32,000 nt of DNA from Alkalilimnicola ehrlichii MLHE-1. GTDB taxonomy: Bacteria; Pseudomonadota; Gammaproteobacteria; Nitrococcales; Halorhodospiraceae. The position numbers were made by a program, and so were the translations under genes. Below, one piece after another: positions 8,137-15,737 of the stretch; within the stretch, counting starts at the first letter, position 1, and every line of letters starts with the position of its first letter. The stretch lies in contig NC_008340.1 in NCBI RefSeq assembly GCF_000014785.1, positions 2,670,001 to 2,702,000 on the forward strand. The letters run 5' to 3'. Under the pieces are notes generated by a model. That model had not been told where the DNA came from. It did no database searches and saw only the letters and a list, made by a program, of their open reading frames with translations.

Positions 8137-10188
8137 TCAGTGGGCGTCATCGCCCGGGCCCGGGTCGTCCGGCGGCGCGTAGACGGCCTGCGCCCGGGTG
8201 TAGAACAGCGGGTCCCAGACGCCGTGCTCCGGGGGGCCGATGGCGGAGGCCTTCCAGCCGCCGAAGGGTGCCCGCGGGTCGATGGCCGCGCCGGCGCCGT
8301 TGAGTCGCAGGAGACCGGCCTGCGCCTGGGCCAGGAAGCGCCGCTGCACCGCCGGATCGTTACTGTACAGGGTCGCGGCCAGCCCCTGGGGCACGCCGTT
8401 GAGCCGGTCCAGCGCCTCGTCGAGGTCCGCCACCGGCACCAGCACCACCACCGGGCCGAAGCTCTCCTGCTGCATGCACTCGGCGTCCGGGGGCAGGCCG
8501 GTGAGCACAGTGGGGGCGTACCAGTTGCCCTGGGCCCAAGCCGGCGGCACCCGGCCGCCGCAGAGCACATTGGCGCCCGCGGCGCGGGCGCGGGCGACGA
8601 TGCCCTCGATCCGCGCCTGCGCGGCCCGGGAGACCAGCGGACCGACAACGGTGTCCGGCGCCTCCGGCCGGCCCGGGCGCAGCGCCTGCACCCGGGCCAG
8701 GAAAGCCTCGGTGAAGCGGTCCAGCACCGAGGAGGCCACCAACAGGCGGCGCACCGCGGTGCAGCGCTGGCCGGCGAAGCTGAAGGCGGCCCGGGCGAGT
8801 TCCCCGGCGGCCCGTTCCGGGTCGGCGTCGGCCATGACCAGGGCGGCGTTGTTGCCGCCCAGCTCCGCCTGCAGGGGCGTGCCGTGCAGCGCGCAGGCGG
8901 CCGCCACCTGGCGCCCGGCGGTGATGGAGCCGGTAAAGCTCACCGCCTGCACCCGGGCATCGGCGGCCAGGGTGTCGCCGGTGGCCGCCCCGCCCTGCAC
9001 CAGGTTCAGCACCCCCGGGGGCAGGCCGGCGTCCAGACCGGTCTGCATCAGCATCCGCGCCAGTTCCGGGGCCTCCGGCGCCGGCTTCCAGACCACGCTG
9101 TTGCCCCAGCGCAGGGCCGGTCCGATCTTGCCCAGGGGCAGCGCCAGCGGGTTGTTCCAGGGGGTGATGGCGGCCACCACCCCCCGGGGCCGGTGGCGCA
9201 CGCTCACCCCCGGCGCCAGGGCCCCGGGCGGGGTCGGTGCCATGGGCTCGAGGCTGGTGGCCAGCAGGGCCAGGGCGTAGTCGAACTCCGCCCCGGCCTC
9301 GAGGGAGGGCTTGCCCACCTCCCGGATCAATGCGGCCACCAGTTCGTGGCGCTGCTGTTGAAGCCGCGCTTCCCAGGCCTTCAGCATGGCAATGCGCTGG
9401 CTGTCCGGCAGTGCCGCCCAGCCCGCCCCGGCCGCCCGGGCGGCCTCCACCGCCGCGCCGACCAGGGGGGCGTCGGCGGCGCCGGTCCGGCTGAGGATCC
9501 GCCGGTGGTCACAGGGGTCGTGGCGGGTGAGCTGCTCCGGCGCGGCCGCCCGATGCCATTGCCCGGCGATGCAGGCGGCGGGCTGCAGGTCGCGCCCGGG
9601 TGTCGGCCTGCGCGTTGCCGCCCCGCCGTCATCCGGCTCACCCAGGCGCGCCCGGATGTCCGCCGTGGTCAGCGCGGCGCAGGCCCGATCCGCTAGGTGC
9701 CTCAGCGCCAGGCGGGCGTGCAGCGGGTCGTAGGAGGCCACCGCATCCACCGCCAGCCAGACCTGGAAACCGGCCTGGTAGGCGTCCAGCACGGTGGCCT
9801 GGACACAGGCATGGGTGTGCAGGCCACTGACGACCACTGTGTCCACGCCCTGCTCGCCCAGCCACGCCGCGGTCCCGGCCCCGCCGAAAGCACTGTAGTA
9901 GGGCTTGGCCAGGACGGCTTCACCCGGTGCCTCGGCCAGGGCCGGCGGTGGGGCCGCCCCGGGGGTGCCGCCGACGCAGGCCCAGTGGGCCCGGCGCTGC
10001 CAGTGGGGCATGCGGTTATGGCCGTCCGCGGCGATAAGGGTGCGGACATGGCACACCGGCAGGCTGCGGCGACGGAAGCCGTCCAGCAGCGTCCGGGCCT
10101 GCCGGATGGCGGCCCCGGCCTCGGCCGCATCAACCCCCCGGTCCAGGTAGTCCTGTTGCCAGTCCACCAACAACAAGGCGGCACGCAT
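8137..10188 (-). CDS. Fusion protein: N-terminal isochorismatase-like hydrolase + C-terminal aldehyde dehydrogenase
   Basis: N-term LLVDWQQDY, AKPYYSAFGG, VVSGLHTHACVQATVLDAY (Asp/Lys/Cys triad present). C-term VAAITPWNNPLALPLGKIGPAL, VSFTGSITAG, AELGGNNAALV, FAGQRCTAVRR (catalytic Glu and Cys present). Start reassigned to MRAALLLVDW at 10188; the ORF extends to 10233. Confidence 0.88.
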   Translation of the reverse strand: MRAALLLVDWQQDYLDRGVDAAEAGAAIRQARTLLDGFRRRSLPVCHVRTLIAADGHNRMPHWQRRAHWACVGGTPGAAPPPALAEAPGEAVLAKPYYSAFGGAGTAAWLGEQGVDTVVVSGLHTHACVQATVLDAYQAGFQVWLAVDAVASYDPLHARLALRHLADRACAALTTADIRARLGEPDDGGAATRRPTPGRDLQPAACIAGQWHRAAAPEQLTRHDPCDHRRILSRTGAADAPLVGAAVEAARAAGAGWAALPDSQRIAMLKAWEARLQQQRHELVAALIREVGKPSLEAGAEFDYALALLATSLEPMAPTPPGALAPGVSVRHRPRGVVAAITPWNNPLALPLGKIGPALRWGNSVVWKPAPEAPELARMLMQTGLDAGLPPGVLNLVQGGAATGDTLAADARVQAVSFTGSITAGRQVAAACALHGTPLQAELGGNNAALVMADADPERAAGELARAAFSFAGQRCTAVRRLLVASSVLDRFTEAFLARVQALRPGRPEAPDTVVGPLVSRAAQARIEGIVARARAAGANVLCGGRVPPAWAQGNWYAPTVLTGLPPDAECMQQESFGPVVVLVPVADLDEALDRLNGVPQGLAATLYSNDPAVQRRFLAQAQAGLLRLNGAGAAIDPRAPFGGWKASAIGPPEHGVWDPLFYTRAQAVYAPPDDPGPGDDAH

Positions 10189-10190
10189 GG

Positions 10191-11339
10191 TCAGGCCCGC
10201 GCCCCCTGCAGTACTTCGGTCAACGACGCGCACAGGGCCTGGCCCATGGCCCGGGTGCCCACCGCGGTGGGCTGCGCGCCCTGAATATCGGCGGTGCGCA
10301 CGCCCCGGGCGAGGGTCCGGGCGATGGCCGTCTCCAGGGCATCGGCCAGTGCCGGCAGGCGGAAACTCTCGCGCAGCATCATGGCCAGCGAGCAGACCTG
10401 GCCGATGGGATTGGCCCGGTCCCGGCCGGCCAGGTCCCAGGCGGCACCGTGGGCGGTCTGGTAGACCGCCTGGCCGGCGGCGCCGTAGTTGCCGGACCAG
10501 GACATGCCCCGCGAGCCCATGAGCAGGCTGCCGCAGTCGCCCAGGATATCGCCGAACATGTTGGGGCAGACGATGACGTCGAACTGCCGGGGGTCGGCGA
10601 TGAGCTGGTAGGCGGCGTTGTCCACCTCCAGGGTCCGGCAGCGCACGGCGCCGTGCTCGCCGGCGACCGCGGTCAGGGCGTCGTGCCAGAGGGCGCTGAT
10701 GGCAGGCACGCCGCCCGGTTTGGTGACAACGACCAGGTCACCGCGCCGCTGCCCGGCCAAGCGGAGGGCCGTGCGCAGGATGCGCTCCACCTCGTCGGCC
10801 CGGTAGCGGCAGACCTGGTAGGCGCTGCGCGCCGCACCCTCGCCTTCACTGCCCCACTCGCCACAGTAGAGCCCGCTGGCATTCTCGCGCACGATGAGGA
10901 CGTCCGCCGAGCGGGCGGCCTCCGGGCGCAGCACGCCGGCATCAGCCAGGGCGGGCCAGTGGCGCAGCGGGATCAGCTTGCAGTAGAGGTCGAAGTGCCG
11001 GCGCAGGTCGTAGACGAAGCGCCCGCCCCCGGGGCCACAGAGCACCGCCCCGCCCTGAGCGAAGACCTGAGCGCAGAAGTCGCGCACCTCCGGGGTCAAG
11101 CCGCGACCAGTGAGGCGCTCGGCCTGCCGGCCGATGGGCCCGCCGGTGCGCACCTCGAAGCGCTGGCCGGTGGCCTCGCCGAGGAGCCGCAACAGCGAAA
11201 GAGCAACGTCGATGACTTCCGGGCCGACGCCCTCCCCCGGCAGCACCCCGACCAGAAAGGCCTCACCGCGCTCCGTGCCCGTGCCACGGGGCGGTGCATG
11301 GTCGGTGCCGGGGTGCGACGGGCAGGCTTCGGGGTGCAC
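10191..11339 (-). CDS. Isocitrate/isopropylmalate dehydrogenase family protein
   Basis: VGVLPGEGVGPEVIDVAL, VRENASGLYCGEW, DNAAYQLIADPRQFDVIVCPNMFGDILGDCGSLLMGSRGM, YQTAHGAAWDLAGRDRANPIG. Confidence 0.82.
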   Translation of the reverse strand: MHPEACPSHPGTDHAPPRGTGTERGEAFLVGVLPGEGVGPEVIDVALSLLRLLGEATGQRFEVRTGGPIGRQAERLTGRGLTPEVRDFCAQVFAQGGAVLCGPGGGRFVYDLRRHFDLYCKLIPLRHWPALADAGVLRPEAARSADVLIVRENASGLYCGEWGSEGEGAARSAYQVCRYRADEVERILRTALRLAGQRRGDLVVVTKPGGVPAISALWHDALTAVAGEHGAVRCRTLEVDNAAYQLIADPRQFDVIVCPNMFGDILGDCGSLLMGSRGMSWSGNYGAAGQAVYQTAHGAAWDLAGRDRANPIGQVCSLAMMLRESFRLPALADALETAIARTLARGVRTADIQGAQPTAVGTRAMGQALCASLTEVLQGARA

Positions 11340-11474
11340 GGGCTGCGCTTCTCCTCGAGGCAGTGGCGTTCGCGGTGACGGTGGCCCGGCGCCGGAGCGC
11401 CCGCCGTTGTCGAAAGCATAGTCGGGCGGGGACCGGGGTAAAGCGCCCGCGCCGGGCTTGGGGGCCGCGCCCGT

Positions 11475-12446
11475 TCAGGGCAGACGCGGGGTGCGCCGCC
11501 ACTCCCGGCCACGCCAGAGGTCGGCGAGACGGTCACGCAGCGAGCGCGGGTCGTGCAACGGCACCGGCCGGCCCGAGGCGGGCCCGTCGATCTCCGCCAT
11601 GGCCGCGATGAGCTGCCGCTGGGCGCTGCGGTAGCTGTCGAGACGAATGGGATAGGGGTGGGTGCGCAGCCGCCCCACGTGGGGGTTGGTGTTGATCTCA
11701 TAGACCTGGGGCCGGCCGCCGATTAGGGCGAAGTCGGCCCGGCCGTAATCGATATGACCGGTCTCGAAGGCGGGCGCGAGTGCATCGGCAAAGGGATTGT
11801 CGTTGACCAGCCGGAGCTCATCCTCGTACAGCGCCTGGCCGGCGATGCCGTTCTGGCCGTATTTCGCCGCCCAGTGATCCTGGTGGGCGCACAGCGCCGG
11901 GACGATTCGCCCGCCCACCCGGTAAGCGGCCAGCTTGCGGTAGAGCCCGTCGGCCACCGGCTCGGCGTGGAACTGGACGACCATCAGCTCGCGGCGGGGT
12001 ATCCCCCGGTCGATCGCCTCGGCCACCGCCTGCGCCAGGGACTCGGGGGTGTCCAGGCACCCGGTCAACGGGCCGCGGTGGGCGGACTCGGTGCGCAGGA
12101 AGACGGGGTACGCCCCGTCCGGCGGCGTCTCATCGACGCGCCAGACACCGAAGTCGTTGAACCGCCGGGCATGCAGATCGCGCAGCAGTTCGAAGCGTGA
12201 GCGCACCCGTGCCGGGTCGTTGAGCACGCACGCGCCGGCCTCGCGCAGTTGCCGGTGGATCCGCCCGGCCATCTCCAGGTCCCAGAAGTTGAGGCGGTCG
12301 AAATCGGTGAAGATGTAGGTGGCACGAGGCAGCCGCCGCCGGCGGAACAGCCGGTGGTAGGACATGACCCGGAAGTCGAAGGCATCGGATTGCTGCAGCG
12401 GGCGGTGGGTGTGCGCGTGCGCCTGGGTGCTGAACAGGACAATCAT
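11475..12446 (-). CDS. ATP-grasp-like protein (paralogue of 2454..3449)
   Basis: YIFTDFDRL, NDFGVWRVD, YPVFLRTES, VGGRIVPAL, IDYGRADFALIGGRPQVYEINTNP; ATGA start/stop overlap with the upstream HExxH gene. Confidence 0.65.
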   Translation of the reverse strand: MIVLFSTQAHAHTHRPLQQSDAFDFRVMSYHRLFRRRRLPRATYIFTDFDRLNFWDLEMAGRIHRQLREAGACVLNDPARVRSRFELLRDLHARRFNDFGVWRVDETPPDGAYPVFLRTESAHRGPLTGCLDTPESLAQAVAEAIDRGIPRRELMVVQFHAEPVADGLYRKLAAYRVGGRIVPALCAHQDHWAAKYGQNGIAGQALYEDELRLVNDNPFADALAPAFETGHIDYGRADFALIGGRPQVYEINTNPHVGRLRTHPYPIRLDSYRSAQRQLIAAMAEIDGPASGRPVPLHDPRSLRDRLADLWRGREWRRTPRLP

Positions 12447-13438
12447 CCGGTGGCGTGGTCCATGTACGCTTTGGCGTTGGCCATGAGGGCGCGCCCGTGC
12501 CGGCTCAGAAGGCCGTGGGCGGCGACCACCTCGTGGCCGGCGCGGAAGTTGGCGGCGTCCTCCGCCATGGCCTGGCGCGCACCGGCCCGCTCGGCCTCGT
12601 CCAGCAGCCCCGAGTCCAGCAACCGGCCCATGGCCCAGTGCATGCGGGCGGAGACGAAGGTGGCGTGGTAGATGCCGTCCATGGGCCGGGGGTCTTGGCG
12701 CAGCGGCGAGGGGTAGAGCTCCTCGTCATGATTGAGGACCAGCGGGGCCTCGGTGCAGAAGCCGAACAGCAGGCTGTGCGCGCTCTCGTGGGCGATGACC
12801 TCGGCCATGGCAATGCGGTCGGGATGCGCCCCGGCGTTGAGAAACAGCGCCCCCCAGAGCTGAAAGTGGGAGCCGCCGTGGAACTCGCCGGCGTCATGGT
12901 CGCCACCGGCCACGCCGACCACGTGGTGGACGATGGCCTCCACCTCGCCGGCCAGCTCCGGCGCGGCCTGCCGCAGCAGCCCAAGGCCCTCGTGGTAGCG
13001 CTGCACGAAGGCCGTCTCCAGTTCCGCCGGCGGCGGATGCAGCGTCAGCCCCGTCGGCATCTCCGCCATCATCTTATCCTGGTAGAGGCGACTGGTGGCG
13101 CACGCCGATGGCGGTCGCAGCCCCTCGACCCGCTGGCCATCCGGCAATGGCGGTTCGTTGCCGATCCTCTGAAAGGCGGTCCGGGCCTGCGCCAGGTCGC
13201 CGTCCAGCAGGTCGATGACCAGGTCGTAGTAGCGGCCGAACAGGCTCGGGGCGTGCGCCTGTCCCGTGGCGAGCCGGCTGAGCAGGGGATCCAACGACAG
13301 GTCGGGCAGCGGGGTGTGGGCGTTGAAGCGCTCGAAGACGTACCCGAGGCTGGCGCCCAGCTCACGGTGCATGGCCTGATCCAATTGCCCCGCCCGTTCC
13401 GGATCGGGCTCGAACCCATAGTGCACCGTGGCCGTCAC
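12443..13438 (-). CDS. HExxH-motif protein, likely aKG-HExxH-type peptide beta-hydroxylase family
   Basis: VIAHESAHSLLFGF (HESAH at 12776..12790) followed by EELYPSPLRQDPRPMDGIYHATFVSARMHW, the pattern I associate with the HEXXH-motif RiPP enzyme family. GTG start with AAGGGAG RBS. Confidence 0.7.
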   Translation of the reverse strand: MTATVHYGFEPDPERAGQLDQAMHRELGASLGYVFERFNAHTPLPDLSLDPLLSRLATGQAHAPSLFGRYYDLVIDLLDGDLAQARTAFQRIGNEPPLPDGQRVEGLRPPSACATSRLYQDKMMAEMPTGLTLHPPPAELETAFVQRYHEGLGLLRQAAPELAGEVEAIVHHVVGVAGGDHDAGEFHGGSHFQLWGALFLNAGAHPDRIAMAEVIAHESAHSLLFGFCTEAPLVLNHDEELYPSPLRQDPRPMDGIYHATFVSARMHWAMGRLLDSGLLDEAERAGARQAMAEDAANFRAGHEVVAAHGLLSRHGRALMANAKAYMDHATG

Positions 13439-13491
13439 GCGCCACTCCCTTGCTGTTGTTACTCGGTTGTCGCGCTCGGTCCCGCCGGTGG

Positions 13492-13653
13492 TCAGGTGAC
13501 CTTCATGCCCACCTTGCCGCCGACTTTCGCCCCGATGGTGGTGGTCCGGTCGAGTACCTTGTCGCCCACCTTTGCGCCGGTTCTGACGCTGCTGTCGAGC
13601 CGGAAGCCCAGCAGGCGGCGGGCATCCAGATTGATGCCGTCGGTCTTGTCCAT
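13492..13653 (-). CDS. Small ORF (53 aa), candidate RiPP precursor peptide: MDKTDGINLDARRLLGFRLDSSVRTGAKVGDKVLDRTTTIGAKVGGKVGMKVT
   Basis: Translated by hand from the minus strand. ATG at 13653, TGA at 13494-13492, strong RBS (GAGGGG-atcgacc-ATG), 53 nt upstream of the HExxH gene. The C-terminal half contains five GxKV tetrads. Confidence 0.65.
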   Translation of the reverse strand: MDKTDGINLDARRLLGFRLDSSVRTGAKVGDKVLDRTTTIGAKVGGKVGMKVT

Positions 13654-13823
13654 GGTCGATCCCCTCAGGTTACCGGCCGTCCGGCCGGGGAATTGTTATC
13701 AAACCTCGCTTCAAGACTAGCCGGCTGCGGGATCAACGCAAGGCAGCGGGGAGGATCAACCTGTACTAATAGGGTAAACCGTCTAGGCTTGCGCAAAAGT
13801 GACAACGCCCAAGGGGATCGGCG

Positions 13824-15023
13824 ATGACGGCGCGCCGCGTGCAACTGCTCAAGGTGGTCTCGGGGCTGGATATCGGGGGGGTGCGTAGCGCAGAGCTCGG
13901 TTTCACCGCCGAGTTGCAGGCGCGGGGGGTCGGCGTTGGCGGCGTAATCGTGACCGGGGGCGCCATGGCCGCCCGTTACGCCCGGCTGTTTGACGGCCAC
14001 TGGCTGCTGGACACCCGTCTGCCCGAGTTCCGAGGCGGACGGTGGGAGCGGCTGCGCCGAACGGTGGTAAACCTGGGGCGCAGCCGGCAGGGCGCCCGGC
14101 GGCTGGCCGGTGACCTTCGCGGGACCCGGTGGGCGTCGGCGGGCACGGTGGTGGCGGTGCGCCATGCGCCGCTGCTGCCTCTGGCCGCGCTGCTGGCCCG
14201 CCGGCTCGACCTCCCGTTGCTCTGGCACATGCCCAACCCGGTCCACGACCGGCTCGGCCGGGCCTATTTCCAGGCCCTGCTGCGTCTGGCCGGCGGCACG
14301 GCGGTGGGCAATAGCCGCTACACCCTGGCCAGCCTCGGCGCCGGCGATGGCCCGGTGATCTATCCCGGCTTCTCCCCCGCCCGGGTGGCCCTCGACGAGA
14401 CCGCCCCCGAGCTGCGGGCGTCGCTGGGCATCCCGGCCGCGGCGCCGGTATTCGCGGTGGTGGCCCGGCTCACCCCGGACAAGGCCACTGACTGGGTGCT
14501 GGCGGCCTTTCTCGATTCGGCGGCCTTTCGCAACGGGGCGCATCTGCTGATCGCCGGCGGCCCGCTGGACTCCCGGTTCGCCCTTGACCTAAGGGCTCAC
14601 GCCGGTGAGGCGGGCGACGGCCGGGTGCACTTTCTCGGCGAGGTCGAGCAGGTGGCGCCGGTTTACCGGGCCGCGGATGTGCTGGTGGCGGGCCGGCGCA
14701 CGGTGGAACCCTTCGGGATCTCGCTGGTGGAGGCCATGGCCTCGGGACTGCCGGTCATCGCCCCGGGCGGCGGGGGGCCGGACGAGGTCGTCACCGACGG
14801 GGTGACCGGGTGGTTGCTGCCGGACCGGGGCGTGGCAGCCTATACCCGGGCGCTGGACCGCGCCTGGTCGGACCGCGCCCGCTGGCCGGTGATGGGTGGG
14901 CAGGCGCGCACCGCCGCCGCGCCGTTCAGCCTGGCGCACCAGGCCGGCCGCTACCTGCAACTGGTGCGGGCGGTGCTGGACCCGGACGGCGACGACCCGG
15001 CGCCCATGGTGAGGGCGCGTTGA
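13824..15023 (+). CDS. GT-B glycosyltransferase (family 4-like)
   Basis: VVSGLDIGGVRSAELGFTAELQARGVGVGGVIVTGG; VARLTPDKATDWVL; VLVAGRRTVEPFGISLVEAMASGLPVIAPGGGGPDEVVTDGVTGWL; RBS AAGGGGA. Confidence 0.88.
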   Translation: MTARRVQLLKVVSGLDIGGVRSAELGFTAELQARGVGVGGVIVTGGAMAARYARLFDGHWLLDTRLPEFRGGRWERLRRTVVNLGRSRQGARRLAGDLRGTRWASAGTVVAVRHAPLLPLAALLARRLDLPLLWHMPNPVHDRLGRAYFQALLRLAGGTAVGNSRYTLASLGAGDGPVIYPGFSPARVALDETAPELRASLGIPAAAPVFAVVARLTPDKATDWVLAAFLDSAAFRNGAHLLIAGGPLDSRFALDLRAHAGEAGDGRVHFLGEVEQVAPVYRAADVLVAGRRTVEPFGISLVEAMASGLPVIAPGGGGPDEVVTDGVTGWLLPDRGVAAYTRALDRAWSDRARWPVMGGQARTAAAPFSLAHQAGRYLQLVRAVLDPDGDDPAPMVRAR

Positions 15024-15029
15024 AGACCG

Positions 15030-15737
15030 ATGGGGGACGACGTGACGGACAGCATCGCCGTGTTACAGGCCCGGACCACCTCCCGCCGACTGCCCGCCAA
15101 GGTGCTGCTTCCGGTGGGGGGACTGCCGCTGGTGGTGCTGGCCGCCCGGCGCGCGGCGAACACCGGCCGGCGGGTGCTGGTGGCCACCTCCACCGATCCC
15201 TCGGACGACGAGCTGGCGCGGGTGGTGCGCGCGCATGGGCTGGCCTGTGCGCGCGGCAGCCTGGAGGACACCCTGGGGCGGTTCGTCCAGGTGCTGACCG
15301 ATTACGCCGATGACACGCTGGTCTTCCGCCTGACCGCGGACAACGGACTGCCCGACGGGCGCCTGCTGGATGACCTGGCCGACGACCTCCACCGGCGGGA
15401 CCTGGACTACCTGGCCTGCAACGGGGCGCCCTGTGACCTGCCCGACGGTTTCAGTGCCGAGGTGACCCGGCTGCGGCACCTGCGCGCCGCCCACCGCGGG
15501 CCCACCACGCCCTACGACCGCGAGCACGTCACGCCCGCGGTGATCCGCGCCCGGGGACAGGCCTGGTTCACCGGCTACGCCGGTCGCGGGCTGGCGGGCC
15601 AGCGCTGCACCATCGACACCCTGGATGACTACCTGGCCGTCTGCCGGCTGTTTGTGGGCTACGCCGACCCGGTCGGCACGCCAGCGACGCGCCTGCTGGA
15701 GGCCTTGGCCACCCCGGCCCGCGATGCCCATGCCTGA
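15030..15737 (+). CDS. Cytidylyltransferase-like protein, SpsF/KDO-cytidylyltransferase-like
   Basis: LQARTTSRRLPAKVLLPVGGLPLVVLAARRA, VLVATSTDPSDDELA, FRLTADNGLPD, CTIDTLDDY. Confidence 0.75.
   Translation: MGDDVTDSIAVLQARTTSRRLPAKVLLPVGGLPLVVLAARRAANTGRRVLVATSTDPSDDELARVVRAHGLACARGSLEDTLGRFVQVLTDYADDTLVFRLTADNGLPDGRLLDDLADDLHRRDLDYLACNGAPCDLPDGFSAEVTRLRHLRAAHRGPTTPYDREHVTPAVIRARGQAWFTGYAGRGLAGQRCTIDTLDDYLAVCRLFVGYADPVGTPATRLLEALATPARDAHA

Noticed and set aside
11340-11474. Second small peptide gene between the ATP-grasp and IPMDH-like genes
   Set aside because: The candidate frame MLSTTAGAPAPGHRHRERHC... has no RBS or repeat pattern and runs on into a shadow ORF.
12776-12790. HExxH motif as evidence for a zinc protease (leader peptidase)
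   Set aside because: The downstream SPLRxDPRPxDGIYHAxFV block fits the HEXXH-motif beta-hydroxylase family better; a protease role is not excluded without structural or HMM testing.
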